From Eledone cirrhosa (taxonomy: Eukaryota), in NCBI GenBank assembly GCA_964016885.1, contig CAXHJY010001654.1, positions 1-55,904 of the forward strand: a stretch of 55,904 nucleotides of DNA, written 5' to 3'. The position numbers were made by a program, and so were the translations under genes. This document shows positions 1-13,071 of this stretch, piece by piece. The number at the start of each line of letters is the position of its first letter. The first letter of the stretch is position 1. Below the pieces are notes generated by a model that was not told where the DNA came from, ran no database searches, and saw only the letters and a program-made list of their open reading frames with translations.

Positions 1-801
1 CCTCTGTTATGGCTTGGAGGACTATAATGAACAAGAGCGGGCTGAGGACCGAACCCTGATGTACTCCTACTTGTATCTGGAATTCCTCACTAAACTCCAT
101 TCCTACCCTGACTTTACTGGGAGTACCTCTGTACAAAGTTTGCACTGTCCTCACAAGCCATTCCTCAGCACCTAGCTTCCTTAGGGACCACCAGATGACA
201 GATCGGGGTACCCTATCAAAGGCCTTCTCTAGGTCAACAAAGGCTAAGTATAGTGGCTTATTCTTCTCTAAGAACCTCTCTTGCATTTGTCTCACCAAGA
301 AGAGGGCATCTGTTGTACTCTTCCCAGGCACAAAACCAAACTGCATTTCATCTAGTTTGACCCTTTCTCTAATTAGTTGTGCTAAAATCCTTTCTGCCAC
401 TTTCATAACCTGATCTATCAGTTTTATACCCCTATAATTGCTCCTCTCCAAAGCATCCCCTTTACCTTTGTAGCAATTTATGAGAATACTGCTGCACCAG
501 TCTTTGGGTATGACACCACCATATATAGCCTGATTGATGATGCGTGCAACCAGTTTAGTGCCTACGTCCCCTGATGCCTTCAGCATCTCAGCAACTATTC
601 CCGATGGTCCGGCCGCCTTACCATTTTTCATTTCCCTAATCGCCTCTTGGACCCTATATTCGTCAATCTCAATAGCTGGTCCCTCTGTCGGATCTACCAA
701 GGGTAATTTCTCTCTCTCCCATTCGTTCTCCACATTCATCAGTCTCTCATAATGACATTTCCAGGCCTCCTTTTTCTGGTCATTCGTGACACTAAGTACA
801 C

Positions 802-806
<5 letters not shown>
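1..806 (-). mobile_element. 5'-truncated RTE-type LINE, reverse transcriptase coding fragment running off the window edge
   Basis: Minus strand reads ...[19 protein letters not shown]...[13 protein letters not shown]...[13 protein letters not shown]...[14 protein letters not shown]...[13 protein letters not shown], paralogous to 39205-41594. The 5' end abuts the TA array at 807. Confidence 0.93.
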
Positions 807-1920
<1,114 letters not shown>

Positions 1921-2047
1921 ATTATAAAACATGAGAAGAAAGAGGAATACTGCGTGGTTGCACATGAGTTACATATTATAAAATTAGTCCCTCGTCACTG
2001 ATTTGCCAACCATCATTGGTATTTCATCGCATTAAAAATATATATTA

Positions 2048-2242
2048 TACCAACATTTTTGGTACCCTTGAAATATATATAATAGAATAAATATGGTTTT
2101 ATAAATATAGTTTCCATTTATTTAATATCAATTGTATATATATATCATTTTTCATTTCATTTTACGTCCCGTTTTTCCCTGCTTGCAATATATATACACA
2201 ATTGATATTAAATAAATGGAAACTATATTTATAAAACCATAT
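2048..2242. repeat. Inverted repeat of about 55 bp per arm, preceded by a hammerhead 3'-half remnant; probable Penelope-like pLTR remnant
   Basis: atatggttttataaatatagtttccatttatttaatatcaattg at ~2091-2133 is inverted at ~2199-2242. Upstream is TACCAA..TTGGTA..GAAA-TATATA-TA then AATAAA. An orphan SINE/LINE tail (2145-2188, minus) lies between the arms. Confidence 0.6.
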
Positions 2243-2249
2243 ATATATA

Positions 2250-2388
2250 TAACGAAGGAAGTGTGGTAAGGAACCAGATGGACCATAGCACACCAGAGTA
2301 CTCAATACTTAGGGTAGTAGAGTAGGTAATAGGAAAAGGTTTAACCACGACGGCAGAGCTCAACTGTCGGGGTTAAACATTTTCCTAT
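2250..2388. repeat. Unclassified short repeat family carrying GTACTCAATAC and ending in a fold-back hairpin
   Basis: Related to 4806-4856 and 7722-7861 (aacaaag..gtgtggtaag...ttttcctat). The motif also occurs at ~10672 and, reversed, at ~55305. Confidence 0.7.
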
Positions 2389-2410
2389 ATATATATATAT
2401 GTATGTATGT

Positions 2411-2780
2411 ACGGAAGAACTTAGAGTCAACGGCCATCCAAAAGTATGTAAATATGTATATACACATGTACGCAGTTAAACCACTGGGCGTAAAGGACCC
2501 CTAGCCTTTATCAAGGCATTCTTCTAGAAGGCAACTCAGGAAACTGGGATAACTCCGATATAAAACCTGCGGCTCAGTAGTTACCGATGATGTTGATCTT
2601 CTCTTCTTTTCGAATTATAGCTACTGTCGCTCAGAGAGTGGGATTGGCTCAGTGCACAGTCTTTCCTCACTTTAAAAAAATATCCTCACGCACAGGCATT
2701 GCACGATAGAATTAATTAATAATTATTAATAATGGTATATAGTGCAATGGCCATACTCGATAACGAGGGGGCAGCCATCA
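2411..2780 (+). mobile_element. Non-autonomous bipartite RTE derivative (5'UTR plus 3' terminus of the LINE at 19434-23616)
   Basis: 2471-2732 matches the reverse complement of ~23319-23576. 2742-2780 (gtgcaatggccatactcgataacgagggggcagccatca) is identical to the LINE 3' end at 19434-19472. Confidence 0.92.
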
Positions 2781-2794
2781 TATATATATATGTA

Positions 2795-2831
<37 letters not shown>

Positions 2832-2832
<1 letters not shown>

Positions 2833-3258
2833 TCATCATCAGCGTTTTACGTCCGTTCTTCCATGCTAGCATGGGTTAGATGGGTTGTCCTCTTGTGGGT
2901 AGTGTCCGGTAGGCTGACTTTGTCTTGCTCATACGGGAACTGATTCTGGCTTGATTTCTACAGCTGGATGCCCTTCCTAACACCAACCTCATTTACAGTG
3001 AGTGCCAGGTGCTTTTTTTTCCGTTGTGCCTACACGTCCACTATTAATGTGGGCTGGGTGTTTTTTTGCCGTGGCACCTCCACGACCACTTTGCAGTGGA
3101 ATGATAGGGACCCCAATCCTATCATCTCATTTCTACAGCTGAGAAAACTGGAGCAATGTGAAATAAAGTGTCTTGGTCAAGGAAACAACATATCACCTGG
3201 TCTGAGAATTGAACTCACAACCTTTTGATTGCAAGCCCAATGCTCTAACCACTAAGCC

Positions 3259-3260
<2 letters not shown>
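2832..3260 (-). mobile_element. tRNA-derived CORE-type SINE with RTE-derived tail
   Basis: A box TGGCTTAGTGG, B box GAGTTCAATTC, CORE-like CTTGACCAAGACACTT...CTCAGCTGTAGAAATGAG, tail ending CCATGCTAGCATGG...GATGATGAT. Confidence 0.9.
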
Positions 3261-3330
<70 letters not shown>

Positions 3331-3601
3331 TACATATACATAGATATACATATATATATAAATAATATATATACATATATATAGATATACATATATATAT
3401 ATATAATATATATACATATATATAGATATAGATATACATATATATATATACACATATACATATATACACATTTACATATACATATATATACATATACATA
3501 TATACACATATACATATACATATATACACATATACATATATATATATACACATATACATATATATATATACACATATACATATATATATATACACATATA
3601 C

Positions 3602-3634
<33 letters not shown>

Positions 3635-3691
3635 CATATACATATATATATATATACACATATATATATATATACATATATATATATACAT
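3261..3691. repeat. (TA)n/(TACA)n microsatellite
   Basis: Direct reading. Confidence 0.98.
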
Positions 3692-3731
3692 ATAATATAA
3701 GATCAAAAGATGGTTAAAGGAGTTCAATATA

Positions 3732-3798
3732 TTTTATTATGCGCATTTCAAAAACAAACATCATCAAACAATAATATTTGTGTTTTCATCAGATAAAA
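3732..3798 (-). ncRNA. Minimal type I hammerhead ribozyme (mirror copy)
   Basis: Reverse complement of 3926-3992. Confidence 0.8.
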
Positions 3799-3925
3799 CA
3801 GGAGAACATGATATGAAGGCTAAAAAAAACACTTGTTGATAGTGCAGTTTTAAATCAACATATGTTGATTTAAAACTGCACTATCAACAAGTGTTTTTTT
3901 TTAGCCTTCATATCATGTTCTCCTG

Positions 3926-3992
3926 TTTTATCTGATGAAAACACAAATATTATTGTTTGATGATGTTTGTTTTTGAAATGCGCATAATAAAA
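3926..3992 (+). ncRNA. Minimal type I hammerhead ribozyme
   Basis: Stem I TTTTAT/ATAAAA; core CTGATGA; stem II ACAAATATTATT-gttt-GATGATGTTTGT; GAAA; palindromic stem III ATGCGCAT; AUA triplet (cut after 3986); AATAAA overlaps. Confidence 0.82.
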
Positions 3993-4117
3993 TATATTGA
4001 ACTCCTTTAACCATCTTTTGATCTTATATTATGCATACTCCAGTCCCACAAACTGTAGAGTGCTTCTTATCCGATATCTGCATTGCTTTATTGTACTACA
4101 ATAAAACTCACCTCCTA

Positions 4118-4118
4118 C

Positions 4119-4149
<31 letters not shown>

Positions 4150-4302
4150 CATATATATATACATATATATATATATACATATATATATATACATATATAC
4201 ATATATATATATATACATATATATATATACATATATATATACATATATACATATATATATATATATACATATATACATATATATATATATATACATATAT
4301 AC

Positions 4303-4334
<32 letters not shown>

Positions 4335-4345
4335 GTATATATATA
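4118..4345. repeat. (TA)n/(TACA)n microsatellite
   Basis: Direct reading. Confidence 0.97.
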
Positions 4346-4627
4346 TTTTCTTTTTTTTTTTCCTTTTTTTATATATATTTCTTCCTCTATTCACCCATCT
4401 ATTTATTCATTTAAATATTTAGATATGTAATTTTTTATTTTTTATTTTTCTTATTTTTTTCTTGCATCTCCTCTTCTTTACCCCCTCTCTTATGTCCTTT
4501 TCTTCTTTAAGTTTATCATATTATTTGTGGTATATAAATGTTGAGATTTGATGAAATAAATCATTGCCAATACAGGAATATTGAAATATCAAGCCCGTAG
4601 AGGTATGTCATATATCAAATCATATAT

Positions 4628-4691
4628 TTTATCTGACGAGGACGTACTGGAAAAAAAAACAATACAGTACCTTCGAAATATATATAATAAA
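4628..4691 (+). ncRNA. Minimal type I hammerhead ribozyme
   Basis: TTTAT-CTGACGA-GGACGTACTG...CAGTACCTTC-GAAA-TATATA-TA-ATAAA; palindromic stem III, AUA triplet, AATAAA at 4686-4691. Confidence 0.8.
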
Positions 4692-4868
4692 GCATATATT
4701 TTGATTATGTGAATATCTTCATTTGTTAATATTTTGAATAATATATATATATATATATGTATCATCATCATCATCGTTTAACGTCCATCTATATATGTAT
4801 ATATATAACAAAGAAAGTGTGGTAAGGAACCAGGTGGTCCTGACTCTTTTCCTATGTGTGTATATATA

Positions 4869-5272
4869 TTGACAATTCGTAACTGGAACATTACAACTGT
4901 CACAAGAGGAAGAACTAATGGAAGAGACCAGATGCTACTGGCTAGATATAGTTAGGGTTTCCTCAAAGTTCTGTGGCTCTGGTTCTATAGATTTGGATGG
5001 AGGATAGAAACTTCAATATTCAGGTGTGGTGCACAGGCAGGAGTTGGGATATTCACAATTCCCCGGCTGTCAGAATGCGTTATGGACTGGATCCCATTGG
5101 GAAGGAAGATTGGCTCCTTGTAACTTAGGTTGACACAATGGTCTGTGTGGATGGTGCAAGTTTATGCACCAAACGGAGAGCCCAAATACAAATCCTTGCT
5201 TGATGAAGTCACTGCAGCGTTAGATGTAGTTAAGGCTGAGTCATATATCCTAATGGGAGACTTCAATGCACT
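4869..5272 (+). pseudogene. Degenerate RTE-type apurinic endonuclease fragment
   Basis: WNITTV..., AGVGIF, VQVYAPN and ILMGDFNA motifs, with stops and frameshifts. Confidence 0.8.
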
Positions 5273-5489
5273 GACTACCAATAGCTAAAACAGAGTCTAG
5301 TCACCAGGTATACCTAGTAAGAGGAAAAGCAGAAAAGAAGTTTGGACATGTTCTCCATCATGAAAATCAGAGGTGTTAAGTATTCCGGATTGTGAGACTG
5401 TGCTCAAGAAAATTATGATGTGGCTGGAAAAAAGTGTCTCTAAAACGATAGTGGAGCACTGGCTCTGACTAATGCTGAAAAGAAAGAGG

Positions 5490-5980
5490 TATAGAAGTCT
5501 TATTATAAGACACTGATGAATGAAAAGAATAAATGGGGGAGCAAGGAACTAACCCATGTAAACCCAACTGAAGAACCAGCCATTAAAGATGATGGCAGTA
5601 TGATAGATAAAGCAATTAAAGATATCCAAGTAGAGAAAGCAAGTGAACCATCTAGCATCTAGTTGCCAAGACACAAAGTAGGGTATGAGGTAGTCCGATG
5701 AGCTTGCAAACTACTATACTGGTAAGGCAGATAGACACAAAGTAGGGTATGAGGTAGTCCGATGAGCTTGCAAACTACTATACTGGTAAGGCAGATACAC
5801 TCAAAAGAAGTAACCACTGTGGCATCAAGTTGATGGACCAGGTCATGAAAGTAAATGAAAGGGTTATAGCACAACTAATTAGGGACAAAATCTAGTTAAA
5901 TGAGATGCAGTTCAGCTTTATGCCAAGTTGGAGTACAACCAATTCCCTCTGTCTGGTGAGATAGCTACAGAAGTACTTAT
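5490..5980 (+). pseudogene. Highly degenerate RTE reverse transcriptase fragment containing a 64-bp tandem duplication
   Basis: [22 protein letters not shown]..., NEMQFSF. Identical units at 5669-5732 and 5733-5796. Confidence 0.75.
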
Positions 5981-6087
5981 GTAAATGTATTTAGCTAATT
6001 AAATAAACAGAATCCTTGAATAAATATTACTTACTATACAATGTATAGGAAATTATGTTAATCAAGGTAATAAATTTAATAATGGTT

Positions 6088-6300
6088 TCTGGTTTAGACA
6101 CAAGGCCAACCATTTTTGGGAAGAGAGTCAATTAAATCAACCCTAGTGCGGGACTGGTACTTTATTTTATCAACTCCATAAGGATGAAAGGCAAAGCTAA
6201 CCTCAGCGGGATTTGAACTCAGAAAGCAAAGGGACATAAGTATGATGCAGAGCAGGGTGGGTGTCCAACACTCTACCAATACTGCCAATCAACCGCTCTC
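6088..6300 (-). mobile_element. Old tRNA-derived SINE, second family
   Basis: B box GAGTTCAAATCCC followed by CTTTGCCTTTCATCCTTATGGAGTTGATAAAATAAAGTACCAG; a partial second copy lies at ~6325-6392. Confidence 0.75.
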
Positions 6301-6391
6301 ATTAAATAAATTTAATAATAATAGTTTCTGATTTAGGCCAACAATTTTTGGTGAAGGAAGTAGATTAAATCGACCCAGTGATAGGGCTGGT

Positions 6392-6621
6392 GCCATACAA
6401 AAAGCACTCAGTCCACCTTGGTGTGGTAGTACCAAAGGCATGATAAAATACTCCCAGTACACACCATGAAATCGTTGGTGTTAGGAAGAACATCCAGACA
6501 TAGAAACCAAGCCAAAACAGAGCATACGACCAGGATGTGGTCACATGACCAGTCTGGCCTCAACATGCAGCAACTTGTCTAACACATGGAAAATCGATGT
6601 TAGATGGTGATGATGATGATA
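6392..6621 (+). mobile_element. Degenerate RTE/SINE 3' tail
   Basis: gttggtgttaggaagaacatccag...catggaaaatcgatgttagatggtgatgatgatgat. Confidence 0.75.
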
Positions 6622-6671
6622 CACACACACACGTTTTTTTTTTCCTATTTCATTTTTTATTTCTCATTCTA

Positions 6672-6707
6672 TCTTCTGATGAAGGACTAATGTCCTAAAC
6701 ATTAAGA
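6672..6707 (+). ncRNA. Degenerate minimal hammerhead ribozyme, probably inactive
   Basis: TCTT-CTGATGA-AGGAC-TAAT-GTCC-TAAA-CATT-AAGA; GAAA is altered to TAAA. Confidence 0.55.
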
Positions 6708-7172
6708 CTCTTTTCCTATTATTTCAAGTGTTAAACTAATATATTTCTTCATTTTATTGTGTTGTTTGCTTTATTATTTCTGCTTACTTTTTACACACGC
6801 ATTATATTTATATATTTCTACAACCATTTCAATACAGTTATAATGGTACTTGTATTTGCAGAACAACTGGAAATTATTAGTTAACAATTAACTACACTAT
6901 ACACATTACCTACAACTTGCATATCCTCAGGATATGTACACAGCTCACAAAAACAAGATGGTGTAAGACAGAAAAATGGAGAGACACAAAATAACAACAA
7001 AGGTAGTCACTAAGGAGGTCACAAAATGTGTGACGAAAGAGCTTTGACAAACAACTAAACAACCATCCAGTTATTTAAACTAACAGACTGGGAGTTTTTT
7101 GTAATAAATTGAAGTAAAAACCAACAGGTGCATGAGCTTTTATTGGCAGTATAAACCTCCCAAAGTATAACA

Positions 7173-7205
<33 letters not shown>

Positions 7206-7598
7206 TGAAGTGGCATGTTTGTGTTGGGGTGAAATTAATTTGCTATTTGGAGTTATTTACAAGACTGCGTGTGTGTGTGTGCGTGCTAGGGTTTATAGAC
7301 TGATGCTTGTATATGATATTTTAAGGATTATATGCAATTAATCCGATTTGATTAATCATATAAAGACAAGTGTGAGACATTATCCAGTAATTAACACACA
7401 ATTAGCTCTCAATCAAGCAAGGATTAAATATATATCTTCATCGTCACTGTGATCAATTAATGTCTGTTCTTCTATGTTAGCATGGGTTGACTGGGCTGTC
7501 AAAGACCAAGTCTTTTAATCACATCTCAAAATACATTCTGGTTTGGGTATTTTATCATGGCATTAGCATTACCACTTTACAGAGCGTGTACTAAGTGC

Positions 7599-7653
<55 letters not shown>

Positions 7654-7721
7654 GTATGTACATGCATGTAAAAGTAATGACAAAACAATATATTACACAC
7701 ACACACACACGCACGCATATA

Positions 7722-7861
7722 TAACAAAGAGGGTGTGGTAAGATAACGCACCAAAGTACTCAATACTTAGGGTAGTAGAGTGGGTAATAGCTGAGCTCTG
7801 GCCGTTTTGTCAACTAGATCCGAACTGAGTTCAGCCAAAGGAGTCCTGACTCTTTTCCTAT
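7722..7861. repeat. GTACTCAATAC-family repeat with hairpins
   Basis: Shares the 2250-2330 segment; hairpins GCTGAGCTC/GAGTTCAGC and AAAGGAGTC/GACTCTTTT. Confidence 0.7.
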
Positions 7862-7871
7862 ATATATATAC

Positions 7872-9934
7872 GGGTCAGGCGTGGACTCCATAAGCCATAG
7901 TGAAGGCAACCCATCTAAGAGTGTAGACACTGTGAATAAAAACTGATATAGGGTGGAGAAGACTTGAGTCCAGTGAGACAATCTCTCTAGTGCTGGTGGC
8001 ACAAATAATGCATCCAGTCCATGCTGTAAAGTGGTTGATGATAGGAAATGCATCCAGCCAGAAAAATACCCTGCCAAAATTATGGAAAGCACAACACATA
8101 AGATTCACACTAATTGTATAGGCAAAAACTCCTCAACCGTCATCAAGCAATCACACAATATGTTTCCCTTTCAGGTACAAAGAACTGCTACACAAGGAAA
8201 CAACTGTCAAGTTACACATCTCAGGAGTGCCCCCTCTCAATCTTGACCCCATGAAATACAAATCAGTTGAAATTGTGGAGCTGTTAGAGAGGAAAGAAGT
8301 GGATGTATGCAGTGAGATGAGGTAGGTGGTGTAAGCATTCTTCTAGCTGAGAAATGGATAGATAAGGTGATAGAGGCAGTTAAACTAAGTGACAGAATTA
8401 TCATACTTAGAATAGCTTCAGGAATTAGAATAGTGACAATTACATCTACCTATGAACTACAGATAGGTCTGAGTAAAGAATAAAAGGGCCTGTTCTAAGA
8501 GGAACTTTTACAGACAACCTCAGTTACTGATGAAAGAGACCTCATCATTTTGGCAGGCAACTTCAATGGACATGTTAGACAATGCCAGGGTGGATTCACT
8601 AGAGTTCATGGCAGCTATGGTTATGGCTGAAGAAATGAAGAGGGAGTGAGGCTCTTGGAAATCTGTGATGTAACACAAATTTCAAGAAACCAGCCAGCCA
8701 GCAATCTGATCACATACCAATCAAGCAAAAACACAAGCCAGATTGGTTTCTTACTTGTAAAATGAGATAGACAGACAGTAATAAATGCTAAGGCTTTCCC
8801 TGGGGAAGAACGTACAACCCAACACAAGTTAGTTATTAGTGACATCAGGATAAACACAAGACAGAATGGAACAAGATACACAGGAAAATATAAAGACGGA
8901 AGGTTTGGAAGCAAAATGATTTTTCTGTTAATTATAGATTTAGGAAGACCCTATGGAATGCATTTGAAGAAAAGAGAGATGAGTTACATTCATATATCAT
9001 AGAAGACAACTGGAAATGTTTAGATGACAACCATTTGTGAACTACTGATGAGACATGTGACTGAAACAAAGTGTCAGCCAGACTAAGGGTGACTTGGTGG
9101 AACAGCACAGTGGTTAGAGCAATTAAAGTCAAGAGACAGGAGTGGAAAGACTGGAAAATGGAAGGAACAGAGACCAGTACCCGGTGGCTAAGAAAGAAGC
9201 GATGCAACAAGTATACATAGATCAGAAAGAGGCTAAAAGAAGGTTTGCCGATGTCTTGCAAAGTGAGGATCAGAAACCTGAGTTGTCCCATATTGCAAGG
9301 CAGTGTATCAGTATGAATTAGGATCTTGTTGAGGAAAAGTGTATTTGAAATTACACTGGTGCACTTAGCACCAATGATGCTCAAAAAAAAAAAGAGGCCT
9401 GGAAATGTTACAATGAGAGGCTGATGAAAGAGAGGAAGAGGGACTGCCTCCAACTGACTTAACAGAGGGACCAGCTATTGAAATTGACAGTTATAGGATC
9501 AAAGATGCAATCAAGGAGATGAAGAATGGTAAAGCTGCAAGATTGTCAGAGATAGTTGCTGAGATGCTGAAAGCACCAGGAAAAGTAGGAGCCGAACTAC
9601 TAACCCGTATAGTCAATCACTGGCACAGCAGGACAATCATAAATTACTACAAGGGTAAAGATGTTGCTCTAGAAAGGAGCAACTACAGGGGAATAAAACT
9701 AATGGACCAAATTACAAAAGTGAGAAAGAAAGATAGAGGAAGAATCGATCAAAGTACTCAACTGGTATGTTTTTATTCGCCTCATTAGGGAAAGAGTCAG
9801 ATTAGAAAAGATGCAGTTCAGTTTTGTGCTACTAAGACTCACAGAGGAAATAACAAAGGAACATGGCAGTGGAAAGAATCCATCCAACCTATGCGAGCAT
9901 GGAAAAACAGACGTAAAACGATGATGATGATGAT
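7872..9934 (+). pseudogene. Old degenerate RTE LINE (5'UTR, APE, partial RT, tail)
   Basis: Remnants [38 protein letters not shown] and [11 protein letters not shown]; many stops; (GAT)n tail at ~9920. Confidence 0.85.
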
Positions 9935-9959
9935 ACATGTATATCTATATGTACATACA

Positions 9960-10550
9960 TATGATGGCCACAATTCAACATGGCTTTTTCAGACGTGGAA
10001 ACGATTGGGGGGGGGGGGGGGCTTCTTGCAGTAGGCATTACAGTGCCACTTTGGTCTACTTTCATATGGCATTTCAGTCCATTAACGGAGATATTCTTGG
10101 CAGGATTCTTATGAAAGTGGCTTTAAAGATGACTTCTAATGTCGGCCTTACTTAGACATATCCGACTACATTCTTTACATGCCAAGATACCCTGCCAAGA
10201 TACTCAGGCAAACTGACCTCAAGGCCCTTATGAGCACACCACTTCAACTGTTCATGCTCAACAGTTTCTTTCAAATTCTCCCTGCCCATAGAGCGAGGTT
10301 CTCCCAGCCATTCTCTGATATTTTCATCTTCCCTGGTGTGCTTTTAATGCAATCCTTGTACTCCAATTTCGGTTTGTGTGCTGGCCATTTACCTTCAACT
10401 AGCTCACCATACAGGAACTGCCTAGGGATGTGATCATCATCCATTCCCACTACATGACCACTCCATCTTAACCGATGTTGAAATACGAGAGAGATTATAC
10501 TGGTAGACCGACTGCATTCAAGGAGTTCAGTGTAACTCATGTACATTTTC
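9960..10550 (-). pseudogene. Degenerate 3' fragment of an RTE/BovB-like LINE
   Basis: QHRLRWSGHVVGMDDDHIPRQFLYGELVEGKWPAHKPKLEYKD, paralogous to the C-terminus of 19688-23233. Confidence 0.85.
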
Positions 10551-10802
10551 CTGTTGCATGGTCAGGTCATCAGTGACTAAACTGGCAACATACATATACA
10601 TACATATATATATATGTGTGTGTGTGTATGTCTTGATCCCAAATTAATCGGAGTTAACTAGTGTAAATAAGGTACTCAATACATATGTAGTGTGATGATA
10701 TAGAAAAGGCTTCTATATAACTTGAACTGTATCATTTATATGAAATCATCAGGAATGTTCATTCCTGGTGATTTCATACGAATGAATGAATATATATATA
10801 TA

Positions 10803-11940
10803 TACTAGCTCATTCCATTGCACAGATGGTTCTATAGAAATAGTGGACAGCTTCCGTTACATGGGTGACAAAATCAGCAGTGGAGGAGGGTGCTCTGAAA
10901 GTACAGTAGCTAGAGTCAGAATGGGATGGAAAAAGTTCAGAGAGCTTATACCACTATTGGCCGCTAAAGGGTTCTCTCTAAAAATGAAAGGCAGGCTGTA
11001 TGATTCCTGCATACGAACAGCAATGTTACATGGCAGTGAGACCTGGGCATTGTGTGCAGAGGATATACGCAGACTGGAGAGAAACGAAGCTTGCATGCTC
11101 CGCTGGAATTGTAATAGTAATATACGTGAACGGCAAAGCATAAACGAACTAAGGGAGAAATTAGGAATAAGAGGGATCAGATGTTGTTTACTCGAGAGAA
11201 GACTACGTTGGTACGGTCACGTGATGCGCATGAAAGACGACAGCTGTATAAAAAAGTGCAGGGCGATAAAAATAGACGGTAGCCACGGAGTAGGCAGACC
11301 CAGAAAAATCTGGGACGACTTGATAAATTCCGACCTCACACACTTACACCTCTCCAAGACAATGTCACTGGACCGAGATCTTTGGCGCTACACAGTTATA
11401 CAGAAGACCCGCCTTGCCTACAAAGCGAAACCTACAGTCAGTAGGCACCTCTAACAAAATACACCCCCATCCCACTACCCCCACCCCATCCACACCACCC
11501 CCTTAAATGTGAAGTTATGTTGGTACCACAACATCCAGTCCGAAACAAATGAGGTCGTGTAGGTGTCACGACAAAAAAAACCACAGTCCACGCTGTAATG
11601 TGGCCGTGTAGGTAACATGGTAAAAACCTCCCAGTACACACTGTAAACGTGGTTGGTGTTGGGAAGGGCACCCAGCCGTAGAAAACCCGCCAGACGTGTG
11701 GGTGTCACGACAAAAAAACACACAGTCCATGCTGTAATGTGGCCGTGTGGGTAACAAGGTAAAAACCTCCCAGTCCACACTGTAAACGTGGTTGGTGTTA
11801 GGAAGGGCATCCAACCGTAGAAAACCCGCCAGACAGTCCTATACGAGCAGGACAGCCAATCTTGCCTCAAGTGGGAAAACTCCCGTCCAAACCCATGCAA
11901 GCATGGAAGATGGACGTTAAACGATGATGATGATGATGAT
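10803..11940 (+). mobile_element. 5'-truncated RTE LINE (PHD lineage): 3' ORF end plus 3'UTR with an internal duplication
   Basis: [10 protein letters not shown]...[11 protein letters not shown]...GRPRK, stop at 11454. The 3'UTR module is duplicated (~11557-11695 and ~11696-11834). (GAT)n tail. Confidence 0.93.
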
Positions 11941-11945
11941 ATATA

Positions 11946-12518
11946 AAGTGCTGGGCGATCAAAATTGATGGTAGTTACAGAGTAGGTAGACCCAGAAAAA
12001 CCTGGGACGATTTGAGAAATTCCGACCTTACACACTTGCACCTCTCTAAGACAATGTCACTGGACAGAGATCTTTGGCGCTACGCAATAATACAGAAGAC
12101 CCGCCTTGCCTAAGTACAAAGTGAAACCTACAGTCAGTAGGCACCTCTTAACTAAATATACACTCCAATCCACTACCCCTACTCTATCCTCCCACTCTCA
12201 CTAACCTCACTCACTCTCCCACTCTCACTCTCCCTTTCTCTGTAAAGTTGGTACCACAACATCCAGTCCAAATAAATGAGATAATGAGATCGAGATCGTG
12301 TAGGTGTCACGACAATAAAAACACACAGTCCACGCTGTAATGTGGTCATGTAGGCAAGACGGTACAAAGTTCCCAGTTCCACACTGTAAATGTGGTTGGT
12401 GTTAGGAAGGGCATCCAGCCATAGAAAACCTGCCAGATAGTCCTATATGAGTGAGACAACTCCCGTCTAACCCATGCTAGCGTGGAAGATGGACGTTAAA
12501 CAAAGATGATGATGATGA
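11946..12518 (+). mobile_element. Second tandem 3' fragment of the same RTE lineage
   Basis: [30 protein letters not shown], 3'UTR, (GAT)n tail. Confidence 0.9.
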
Positions 12519-12521
12519 CAT

Positions 12522-13050
12522 ATCATCATCACCATTTTACGTCCGTTCTTCCACGCTAGCATGGGTTAGACAGGTTGTCTTGTTGTGGGCAGTGTCCGGT
12601 CGGCTGACCTTATCTTGGTCATACAAGAACTGATTCTGGCTTGATTTCTATAGCTGGATGCCCTTCCTAACACCAACCTCATTTACAGTGAGTGCTGGGT
12701 GCTTTTTTTTCCTGGTGCCTACACGTCCACTTTACAGTGTGGGCTGTGTGCTTTTTTGCCGTGGCACCTCCATGACCACTTTGCAGTGGGAGGGTGTGGG
12801 GGCATATTGTCTATATGCTTCAGCTTCGGCTTGTACCCGTGGGGGGTCGGGTATTCTGTATTACTGCGTGACGCCAGAGGTGTAATTGGGTAAGGTTGGC
12901 TTTTATCACCTCATCCCAGGTCTTCTTGGGTCTCCCCACTCCGCGGCTTCCATCAACTTCTAGTGCTCTGCACCTTTTTATGCAGCTGTCATCCTTCATA
13001 CGCATCACATGTCCATACCAACGCAACCACCTCTCCTGCACACAACATTT
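12522..13050 (-). mobile_element. 3' end of the RTE subfamily that donates the CORE-SINE tail
   Basis: [22 protein letters not shown]...GRPKKTWDEVIK; 3'UTR matches 34156-34569 and 52057-52382. Confidence 0.9.
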
Positions 13051-13071
13051 GTATATATATATATATATATA

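Larger units (their letters stand above)
3692..4032. repeat. Near-perfect spacerless palindrome of about 341 bp; probable inverted Penelope-like pLTR pair
   Basis: Arms 3692-3861 and 3862-4032, centre caacat|atgttg. The only difference seen is an A8 versus T9 run. Confidence 0.95.
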
